DNA of 64,000 nucleotides from the human T2T-CHM13v2.0 reference genome, Homo sapiens. Shown here piece after piece: positions 10,301 to 22,300 of the stretch. The notes under the pieces are model-generated. The model did no database searches and was not told the DNA's origin. It saw only the letters and a program-made list of their open reading frames with translations. A program made the translations under genes and the position numbers. The stretch's first letter is position 1, and each line of letters opens with the position of its first letter. The stretch is taken from assembly GCF_009914755.1 (NCBI RefSeq), contig NC_060938.1, one strand, 5' to 3'.

Positions 10301-13300
10301 CATAAAGGAGTTTCTGAGAATGTTTCTGTCTAGTGGTTATGGGAAGATATTTGCTTTTTCACCGTAGGCCTCAGAGCGCTCCAAATATCCACTTGCACAT
10401 ACTACAAAAAGAGTGCCTCAAAGCTGTTCTCTGAAACGGAATGTTCAACTCTATGAGTTGAATGCAAACATCGCAAAGACGTTTCTGAGAATGCTTCTGT
10501 CTAGATTTGATATGAAGATATTCCCGTTTCCAACGAAATCTTCAAATCTATCCAAATGTCCACTTGCAGATTCAACAAAAAGTGTTTTTCAGAACTGCTC
10601 TATCAAAAGAAAGATCCACCTCTGTTAGCTGAGTTCACACATCACAAACAAGTTTATGAGAATGCTTCTGTCTAGTTTTTATTTGAAGATATTTCCTTTC
10701 TCACCATAGAGCTGAAAGCTGTCCTAATGTTCACTTCCAGATACTACAGAAAGAGTGTTTCAAAACTGCTGTACGAAAGGGAATGTTCAACTCTGTGACT
10801 TGAATGCACACATCACAAAGAAGTTTCTGAGGATGCTGCTGTCTACTTTTTATACGTAATCCCGTTTCCAACGAAATCCTCCAAGCTATCCAAATATCCA
10901 CTTGCAGATTCCACAGAAAGACTGTTTCAAAACTGCTCTGTCAATAGAAAGGTTCAACTCTGTTAGCTGCGTGCATATATCCCAAAGAAGATTCTGAGAT
11001 TGCTTCTGTCTAGTTTTTATGGGAAGATATTTCCCTTTTCACCGTAGGCGTCAAGGCGCTCCAAATGTCCAGTTCCAGATACTACAAAAAGAGTGTTTCA
11101 AACCTACTCTGTGAAAGGGAATATTCAACTCTGTGACTTGAATGCACATATCACAAAGAAGTTTCTGAGAATGCTTCTGTCGAGATTTTATATGAAGATA
11201 TTCCCGTTTCCAACGAAATGCTGAAATCTATCCAAATATCCCCTCGCAGATTCTACAAAAAGAGTGTTTCAAAACTGCTCTGTGAAAAGAAAGGTTCAAC
11301 TCTGTTAGTTGAGTACACACATCACAAACAAGTTTCACAGAATGCTTCTTTCTAGCTTGTAGGGGAAGATATTCCCTTTATCACCATGGGCCTCCAACCG
11401 TCCGAAACATCCACTTCCATATACTACAAAAAGAGCGTTTCAAACCTGCTCTATGAAAGGCAATGTTCAACTCTGTGACTTGAATGCAGACATCACAGAG
11501 CAGTTTCTGAGAATGCTTCTGTCTAGATTTTATAGGAAGATATTCCCGTTTCCAACGAAATCTTCACAGCTATCCAAATATCCACTTGCAGATTCTACAA
11601 AAAGAGTGTATCAAAACTGCTCTGTCAAAAGGAAGGTTCTTCTCTGTTAGGTGAGTGCATACGTCATAAAGGAGTTTCTGAGAATGTTTCTGTCTAGTGG
11701 TTATGGGAAGATATTTGCTTTTTCACCGTAGGCCTCAGAGCGCTCCAAATATCCACTTGCACATACTACAAAAAGAGTGCTTCAAAGCTGCTCTCTGAAA
11801 CGGAATGTTCAACTCTATGAGTTGAATGCAAACATCGCAAAGACGTTTCTGAGAATGCTTCTGTCTAGATTTGATATGAAGATATTCCCGTTTCCAACGA
11901 AATCTTCAAATCTATCCAAATGTCCACTTGCAGATTCAACAAAAAGTGTTTTTCAGAACTGCTCTATCAAAAGAAAGATCCACCTCTGTTAGCTGAGTTC
12001 ACACATCACAAACAAGTTTATGAGAATGCTTCTGTCTAGTTTTTATTTGAAGATATTTCCTTTCTCACCATAGAGCTGAAAGCTGTCCTAATGTTCACTT
12101 CCAGATACTACAGAAAGAGTGTTTCAAAACTGCTGTACGAAAGGGAATGTTCAACTCTGTGACTTGAATGCACACATCACAAAGAAGTTTCTGAGGATGC
12201 TGCTGTCTACTTTTTATACGTAATCCCGTTTCCAACGAAATCCTCCAAGCTATCCAAATATCCACTTGCAGATTCCACAGAAAGACTGTTTCAAAACTGC
12301 TCTGTCAATAGAAAGGTTCAACTCTGTTAGCTGCGTGCATATATCCCAAAGAAGATTCTGAGATTGCTTCTGTCTAGTTTTTATGGGAAGATATTTCCCT
12401 TTTCACCGTAGGCGTCAAGGCGCTCCAAATGTCCACTTCCAGATACTACAAAAAGAGTGTTTCAAACCTACTCTGTGAAAGGGAATATTCAACTCTGTGA
12501 CTTGAATGCACATATCACAAGGAAGTTTCTGAGAATGCTTCTGTCGAGATTTTATATGAAGATATTCCCGTTTCCAACGAAATCCTGAAATGTATCCAAA
12601 TATCCCCTCGCAGATTCTACAAAAAGAGTGTTTCAAAACTGCTCTGTAAAAAGAAAGGTTCAACTCTGTTAGTTGAGTACACACATCACAAACAAGTTTC
12701 ACAGAATGCTTCTTTCTAGCTTGTAGGGGAAGATTCCCCTTTATCACCATGGTCCTCAAACCGTCCGAAAAGTCCACTTCCATATACTACAAAAAGAGCA
12801 TTTCAAACCTGCTGTATGAAAGGCAATGTTCAACTCTGTGACTTGAATGCAGACATCACAGAGCAGTTTCTGAGAATGCTTCTGTCTAGATTTTATAGGA
12901 AGATATTCCCGTTTCCAACGAAATCTTCACAGCTATCCAAATATCCACTTGCAGATTCTACAAAAAGAGTGTATCAAAACTGCTCTGTCAAAAGGAAGGT
13001 TCTTTTCTGTTAGGTGAGTGCATACGTCATAAAGGAGTTTCTGAGAATGTTTCTGTCTAGTGGTTATGGGAAGATATTTGCTTTTTCACCGTAGGCCTCA
13101 GAGCGCTCCAAATATCCACTTGCACATACTACAAAAAGAGTGCCTCAAACTGCTCTCTGAAACGGAATGTTCAACTCTATGAGTTGAATGCAAACATCGC
13201 AAAGACGTTTCTGAGAATGCTTCTGTCTAGATTTGATATGAAGATATTCCCGTTTCCAACGAAATCTTCAAATCTATCCAAATGTCCACTTGCAGATTCA

Positions 13301-16300
13301 ACAAAAAGTGTTTTTCAGAACTGCTCTATCAAAAGAAAGATCCACCTCTGTTAGCTGAGTTCACACATCACAAACAAGTTTATGAGAATGCTTCTGTCTA
13401 GTTTTTATTTGAAGATATTTCCTTTCTCACCATAGAGCTGAAAGCTGTCCTAATGTTCACTTCCAGATACTACAGAAAGAGTGTTTCAAAACTGCTGTAC
13501 GAAAGGGAATGTTCAACTCTGTGACTTGAATGCACACATCACAAAGAAGTTTCTGAGGATGCTGCTGGCTACTTTTTATACGTAATCCCGTTTCCAACGA
13601 AATCGTCCAAGCTATCCAAATATCCACTTGCAGATTCCACAGAAAGACTGTTTCAAAACTGCTCTGTCAATAGAAAGGTTCAACTCTGTTAGCTGCGTGC
13701 ATATATCCCAAAGAAGATTCTGAGATTGCTTCTGTCTAGTTTTTATGGGAAGATATTTCCCTTTTCACCGTAGGCGTCAAGGCGCTCCAAATGTCCACTT
13801 CCAGATACTACAAAAAGAGTGTTTCAAACCTACTCTGTGAAAGGGAATATTCAACTCTGTGACTTGAATGCACATATCACAAAGAAGTTTCTGAGAATGC
13901 TTCTGTCGAGATTTTATATGAAGATATTCCCGTTTCCAACGAAATCCTGAAATGTATCCAAATATCCCCTTGCAGATTCTACAAAAAGAGTGTTTCAAAA
14001 CTGCTCTGTGAAAAGAAAGGTTCAACTCTGTTAGTTGAGTACACACATCACAAACAAGTTTCACAGAATGCTTCTTTCTAGCTTGTAGGGGAAGATATTC
14101 CCTTTATCACCATGGGCCTCCAACCGTCCGAAACATCCACTTCCATATACTACAAAAAGAGCGTTTCAAACCTGCTCTATGAAAGGCAATGTTCAACTCT
14201 GTGACTTGAATGCAGACATCACAGAGCAGTTTCTGAGAATGCTTCTGTCTAGATTTTATAGGAAGATATTCCCGTTTCCAACGAAATCTTCACAGCTATC
14301 CAAATATCCACTTGCAGATTCTACAAAAAGAGTGTATCAAAACTGCTCTGTCAAAAGGAAGGTTCTTTTCTGTTAGGTGAGTGCATACGTCATAAAGGAG
14401 TTTCTGAGAATGTTTCTGTCTAGTGGTTATGGGAAGATATTTGCTTTTTCACCGTAGGCCTCAGAGCGCTCCAAATATCCACTTGCACATACTACAAAAA
14501 GAGTGCCTCAAACTGCTCTCTGAAACGGAATGTTCAACTCTATGAGTTGAATGCAAACATCGCAAAGACGTTTCTGAGAATGCTTCTGTCTAGATTTGAT
14601 ATGAAGATATTCCCGTTTCCAACGAAATCTTCAAATCTATCCAAATGTCCACTTGCAGATTCAACAAAAAGTGTTTTTCAGAACTGCTCTATCAAAAGAA
14701 AGATCCACCTCTGTTAGCTGAGTTCACACATCACAAACAAGTTTATGAGAATGCTTCTGTCTAGTTTTTATTTGAAGATATTTCCTTTCTCACCATAGAG
14801 CTGAAAGCTGTCCTAATGTTCACTTCCAGATACTACAGAAAGAGTGTTTCAAAACTGCTGTACGAAAGGGAATGTTCAACTCTGTGACTTGAATGCACAC
14901 ATCACAAAGAAGTTTCTGAGGATGCTGCTGGCTACTTTTTATACGTAATCCCGTTTCCAACGAAATCCTCCAAGCTATCCAAATATCCACTTGCAGATTC
15001 CACAGAAAGACTGTTTCAAAACTGCTCTGTCAATAGAAAGGTTCAACTCTGTTAGCTGCGTGCATATATCCCAAAGAAGATTCTGAGATTGCTTCTGTCT
15101 AGTTTTTATGGGAAGATATTTCCCTTTTCAACGTAGGCGTCAAGGCGCTCCAAATGTCCTCTTCCAGATACTACAAAAAGAGTGTTTCAAACCTACTCTG
15201 TGAAAGGGAATATTCAACTCTGTGACTTGAATGCACATATCACAAAGAAGTTTCTGAGAATGCTTCTGTCGAGATTTTATATGAAGATATTCCCGTTTCC
15301 AACGAAATCCTGAAATGTATCCAAATATCCCCTCGCAGATTCTACAAAAAGAGTGTTTCAAAACTGCTCTGTGAAAAGAAAGGTTCAACTCTGTTAGTTG
15401 AGTACACACATCACAAACAAGTTTCACAGAATGCTTCTTTCTAGCTTGTAGGGGAAGATATTCCCTTTATCACCATGGGCCTCCAACCGTCCGAAACATC
15501 CACTTCCATATACTACAAAAAGAGCGTTTCAAACCTGCTCTATGAAAGGCAATGTTCAACTCTGTGACTTGAATGCAGACATCACAGAGCAGTTTCTGAG
15601 AATGCTTCTGTCTAGATTTTATAGGAAGATATTCCCGTTTCCAACGAAATCTTCACAGCTATCCAAATATCCACTTGCAGATTCTACAAAAAGAGTGTAT
15701 CAAAACTCCTCTGTCAAAAGGAAGGTTCTTTTCTGTTAGGTGAGTGCATACGTCATAAAGGAGTTTCTGAGAATGTTTCTGTCTAGTGGTTATGGGAAGA
15801 TATTTGCTTTTTCACCGTAGGCCTCAGAGCGCTCCAAATATCCACTTGCACATACTACAAAAAGAGTGCCTCAAAGCTGCTCTCTGAAACGGAATGTTCA
15901 ACTCTATGAGTTGAATGCAAACATCGCAAAGACGTTTCTGAGAATGCTTCTGTCTAGATTTGATATGAAGATATTCCCGTTTCCAACGAAATCTTCAAAT
16001 CTATCCAAATGTCCACTTGCAGATTCAACAAAAAGTGTTTTTCAGAACTGCTCTATCAAAAGAAAGATCCACCTCTGTTAGCTGAGTTCACACATCACAA
16101 ACAAGTTTATGAGAATGCTTCTGTCTAGTTTTTATTTGAAGATATTTCCTTTCTCACCATAGAGCTGAAAGCTGTCCTAATGTTCACTTCCAGATACTAC
16201 AGAAAGAGTGTTTCAAAACTGCTGTATGAAAGGGAATGTTCAACTCTGTGACTTGAATGCACACATCACAAAGAAGTTTCTGAGGATGCTGCTGTCTACT

Positions 16301-19300
16301 TTTTATACGTAATCCCGTTTCCAACGAAATCCTCCAAGCTATCCAAATATCCACTTGCAGATTCCACAGAAAGACTGTTTCAAAACTGCTCTGTCAATAG
16401 AAAGGTTCAACTCTGTTAGCTGCGTGCATATATCCCAAAGAAGATTCTGAGATTGCTTCTGTCTAGTTTTTATGGGAAGATATTTCCCTTTTCACCGTAG
16501 GCGTCAAGGCGCTCCAAATGTCCACTTCCAGATACTACAAAAAGAGTGTTTCAAACCTACTCTGTGAAAGGGAATATTCAACTCTGTGACTTGAATGCAC
16601 ATATCACAAAGAAGTTTCTGAGAATGCTTCTGTCGAGATTTTATATGAAGATATTCCCGTTTCCAACGAAATCCTGAAATGTATCCAAATATCCCCTCGC
16701 AGATTCTACAAAAAGAGTGTTTCAAAACTGCTCTGTGAAAAGAAAGGTTCAACTTTGTTAGTTGAGTACACACATCACAAACAAGTTTCACAGAATGCTT
16801 CTTTCTAGCTTGTAGGGGAAGATATTCCCTTTATCACCATGGGCCTCCAACCATCCGAAACATCCACTTCCATATACTACAAAAAGAGCGTTTCAAACCT
16901 GCTCTATGAAAGGCAATGTTCAACTCTGTGACTTGAATGCAGACATCACAGAGCAGTTTCTGAGAATGCTTCTGTCTAGATTTTATAGGAAGATATTCCC
17001 GTTTCCAACGAAATCTTCACAGCTATCCAAATATCCACTTGCAGATTCTACAAAAAGAGTGTATCAAAACTGCTCTGTCAAAAGGAAGGTTCTTTTCTGT
17101 TAGGTGAGTGCATACGTCATAAAGGAGTTTCTGAGAATGTTTCTGTCTAGTGGTTATGGGAAGATATTTGCTTTTTCACCGTAGGCCTCAGAGCGCTCCA
17201 AATATCCACTTGCACATACTACAAAAAGAGTGCCTCAAAGCTGCTCTCTGAAACGGAATGTTCAACTCTATGAGTTGAATGCAAACATCGCAAAGACGTT
17301 TCTGAGAATGCTTCTGTCTAGATTTGATATGAAGATATTCCCGTTTCCAACGAAATCTTCAAATCTATCCAAATGTCCACTTGCAGATTCAACAAAAAGT
17401 GTTTTTCAGAACTGCTCTATCAAAAGAAAGATCCACCTCTGTTAGCTGAGTTCAGACATCACAAACAAGTTTATGAGAATGCTTCTGTATAGTTTTTATT
17501 TGAAGATATTTCCTTTCTCACCATAGACCTGAAAGCTGTCCTAATGTTCACTTCCAGTTACTACAGAAAGAGTGTTTCAAAACTGCTGTACGAAAGGGAA
17601 TGTTCAACTCTGTGACTTGAATGCACACATCACAAAGAAGTTTCTGAGGATGCTGCTGTCTACTTTTTATACTTAATCCCGTTTCCAACGAAATCCTCCA
17701 AGCTATCCAAATATCCACTTGCAGATTCCACAGAAAGACTGTTTCAAAACTGCTCTGTCAATAGAAAGGTTCAACTCTGTTAGCTGCGTGCATATATCCC
17801 AAAGAAGATTCTGAGATTGCTTCTGTCTAGTTTTTATGGGAAGATATTTCCCTTTTCACCGTAGGCGTCAAGGCGCTCCAAATGTCCACTTCCAGATACT
17901 ACAAAAAGAGTGTTTCAAACCTACTCTGTGAAAGGGAATATTCAACTCTGTGACTTGAATGCACATATCACAAGGAAGTTTCTGAGAATGCTTCTGTCGA
18001 GATTTTATATGAAGATATTCCCGTTTCCAACGAAATCCTGAAATGTATCCAAATATCCCCTCGCAGATTCTACAAAAAGAGTGTTTCAAAACTGCTCTGT
18101 AAAAAGAAAGGTTCAACTCTGTTAGTTGAGTACACACATCACAAACAAGTTTCACAGAATGCTTCTTTCTAGCTTGTAGGGGAAGATATTCCCTTTATCA
18201 CCATGGGCCTCCAACCGTCCGAAACATCCACTTCCATATACTACAAAAAGAGCGTTTCAAACCTGCTCTATGAAAGGCAATGTTCAACTCTGTGACTTGA
18301 ATGCAGACATCACAGAGCAGTTTCTGAGAATGCTTCTGTCTAGATTTTATAGGAAGATATTCCCGTTTCCAACGAAATCTTCACAGCTATCCAAATATCC
18401 ACTTGCAGATTCTACAAAAAGAGTGTATCAAATCTGCTCTGTCAAAAGGAAGGTTCTTCTCTGTTAGGTGAGTGCATACGTCATAAAGGAGTTTCTGAGA
18501 ATGTTTCTGTCTAGTGGTTATGGGAAGATATTTGCTTTTTCACCGTAGGCCTCAGAGCGCTCCAAATATCCACTTGCACATACTACAAAAAGAGTGCTTC
18601 AAAGCTGGTCTCTGAAACGGAATGTTCAACTCTATGAGTTGAATGCAAACATCACAAAGACGTTTCTGAGAATGCTTCTGTCTAGATTTGATATGAAGAT
18701 ATTCCCGTTTCCAACGAAATCTTCAAATCTATCCAAATGTCCACTTGCAGATTCAACAAAAAGTGTTTTTCAGAACTGCTCTATCAAAAGAAAGATCCAC
18801 CTCTGTTATCTGAGTTCACACATCACAAACAAGTTTATGAGAATGCTTCTGTCTAGTTTTTATTTGAAGATATTTCCTTTCTCACCATAGAGCTGAAAGC
18901 TGTCCTAATGTTCACTTCCAGATACTACAGAAAGAGTGTTTCAAAACTGCTGTACGAAAGGGAATGTTCAACTCTGTGACTTGAATGCACACATCACAAA
19001 GAAGTTTCTGAGGATGCTGCTGGCTACTTTTTATACGTAATCCCGTTTCCAACGAAATCCTCCAAGCTATCCAAATATCCACTTGCAGATTCCACAGAAA
19101 GACTGTTTCAAAACTGCTCTGTCAATAGAAAGGTTCAACTCTGTTAGCTGCGTGCATATATCCCAAAGAAGATTCTGAGATTGCTTCTGTCTAGTTTTTA
19201 TGGGAAGATATTTCCCTTTTCACCGTAGGTGTCAAGGCGCTCCAAATGTCCACTTCCAGATACTACAAAAAGAGTGTTTCAAACCTACTCTGTGAAAGGG

Positions 19301-22300
19301 AATATTCAACTCTGTGACTTGAATGCACATATCACAAAGAAGTTTCTGAGAATGCTTCTGTCGAGATTTTATATGAAGATATTCCCGTTTCCAACGAAAT
19401 CCTGAAATGTATCCAAATATCCCCTCGCAGATTCTACAAAAAGAGTGTTTCAAAACTGCTCTGTGAAAAGAAAGGTTCAACTCTGTTAGTTGAGTACACA
19501 CATCACAAACAAGTTTCACAGAATGCTTCTTTCTAGCTTGTAGGGGAAGATATTCCCTTTATCACCATGGGCCTCCAACCGTCCGAAACATCCACTTCCA
19601 TATACTACAAAAAGAGCGTTTCAAACCTGCTCTATGAAAGGCAATGTTCAACTCTGTGACTTGAATGCAGACATCACAGAGCAGTTTCTGAGAATGCTTC
19701 TGTCTAGATTTTATAGGAAGATATTCCCGTTTCCAACGAAATCTTCACAGCTATCCAAATATCCACTTGCAGATTCTACAAAAAGAGTGTATCAAAACTG
19801 CTCTGTCAAAAGGAAGGTTCTTTTCTGTTAGGTGAGTGCATACGTCATAAAGGAGTTTCTGAGAATGTTTCTGTCTAGTGGTTATGGGAAGATATTTGCT
19901 TTTTCACCGTAGGCCTCAGAGCGCTCCAAATATCCACTTGCACATACTATAAAAAGAGTGCCTCAAAGCTGCTCTCTGAAACGGAATGTTCAACTCTATG
20001 AGTTGAATGCAAACATCGCAAAGACGTTTCTGAGAATGCTTCTGTCTAGATTTGATATGAAGATATTCCCGTTTCCAACGAAATCTTCAAATCTATCCAA
20101 ATGTCCACTTGCAGATTCAACAAAAAGTGTTTTTCAGAACTGCTCTATCAAAAGAAAGATCCACCTCTGTTAGCTGAGTTCAGACATCACAAACAAGTTT
20201 ATGAGAATGCTTCTGTCTAGTTTTTATTTGAAGATATTTCCTTTCTCACCATAGACCTGAAAGCTGTCCTAATGTTCACTTCCAGTTACTACAGAAAGAG
20301 TGTTTCAAAACTGCTGTACGAAAGGGAATGTTCAACTCGGTGACTTGAATGCACACATCACAAAGAAGTTTCTGAGGATGCTGCTGTCTACTTTTTATAC
20401 TTAATCCCGTTTCCAACGAAATCCTCCAAGCTATCCAAATATCCACTTGCAGATTCCACAGAAAGACTGTTTCAAAACTGCTCTGTCAATAGAAAGGTTC
20501 AACTCTGTTAGCTGCATGCATATATCCCAAAGAAGATTCTGAGATTGCTTCTGTCTAGTTTTTATGGGAAGATATTTCCCTTTTCACCGTAGGTGTCAAG
20601 GCGCTCCAAATGTCCACTTCCAGATACTACAAAAAGAGTGTTTCAAACCTACTCTGTGAAAGGGAATATTCAACTCTGTGACTTGAATGCACATATCACA
20701 AGGAAGTTTCTGAGAATGCTTCTGTCGAGATTTTATATGAAGATATTCCCGTTTCCAACGAAATCCTGAAATGTATCCAAATATCCCCTCTCAGATTCTA
20801 CAAAAAGAGTGTTTCAAAACTGCTCTGTAAAAAGAAAGGTTCAACTCTGTTAGTTGAGTACACACATCACAAACAAGTTTCACAGAATGCTTCTTTCTAG
20901 CTTGTAGGGGAAGATATTCCCTTTATCACCATGGGCCTCCAACCGTCCGAAACATCCACTTCCATATACTACAAAAAGAGCGTTTCAAACCTGCTCTATG
21001 AAAGGCAATGTTCAACTCTGTGACTTGAATGCAGACATCACAGAGCAGTTTCTGAGAATGCTTCTGTCTAGATTTTATAGGAAGATATTCCCGTTTCCAA
21101 CGAAATCTTCACAGCTATCCAAATATCCACTTGCAGATTCTACAAAAAGAGTGTATCAAATCTGCTCTGTCAAAAGGAAGGTTCTTCTCTGTTAGGTGAG
21201 TGCATACGTCATAAAGGAGTTTCTGAGAATGTTTCTGTCTAGTGGTTATGGGAAGATATTTGCTTTTTCCCCGTAGGCCTCAGGGCGCTCCAAATGTCCA
21301 CTTGCACATGCTACAAAAAGAGTGCTTCAAAGCTGCTCTCTGAAAGGGAATGTTCAACTCTATGAGTTGAATGCAAACATCACAAAGACGTTTCTGAGAA
21401 TGCTTCTGTCTAGATTTGATATGAAGATATTCCCGTTTCCAACGAAGTCTTCAAATCTATCCAAATGTCCACTTGCAGATTCAACCAAAAGTGTTTTTCA
21501 GAACTGCTCTATCAAAAGAAAGATCCACCTCTGTTAGCTGAGTTCAGACATCACAAACAAGTTTATGAGAATGCTTCTGTCTAGTTTTTATTTGAAGATA
21601 TTTCCTTTCTCACCATAGACCTGAAAGCTGTCCTAATGTTCACTTCCAGATACTACAGAAAGAGTGTTTCAAAACTGCTGTACGAAAGGGAATGTTCAAC
21701 TCTGTGACTTGAATGCACACATCACAAAGAAGTTTCTGAGGATGCTGCTGTCTACTTTTTATACGTAATCCCGTTTCCAACGAAATCCTCCAAGCTATCC
21801 AAATATCCACTTGCAGATTCCACAGAAAGACTGTTTCAAAACTGCTCTGTCAATAGAAAGGTTCAACTCTGTTAGCTGCGTGCATATATCCCAAAGAAGA
21901 TTCTCAGATTGCTTCTGTCTAGTTTTTATGGGAAGATATTTCCCTTTTCACCGTAGGCGTCAAGGCGCTCCAAATGTCCACTTCCAGATACTACAAAAAG
22001 AGTGTTTCAAACCTACTCTGTGAAAGGGAATATTCAACTCTGTGACTTGAATGCACATATCACAAAGAAGTTTCTGAGAATGCTTCTGTCGAGATTTTAT
22101 ATGAAGATATTCCCGTTTCCAACGAAATGCTGAAATCTATCCAAATATCCCCTCGCAGATTCTACAAAAAGAGTGTTTCAAAACTGCTCTGTGAAAAGAA
22201 AGGTTCAACTCTGTTAGTTGAGTACACACATCACAAACAAGTTTCAAAGAATGCTTCTTTCTAGCTTGTAGGGGAAGATATTCCCTTTATCACCATGGGC

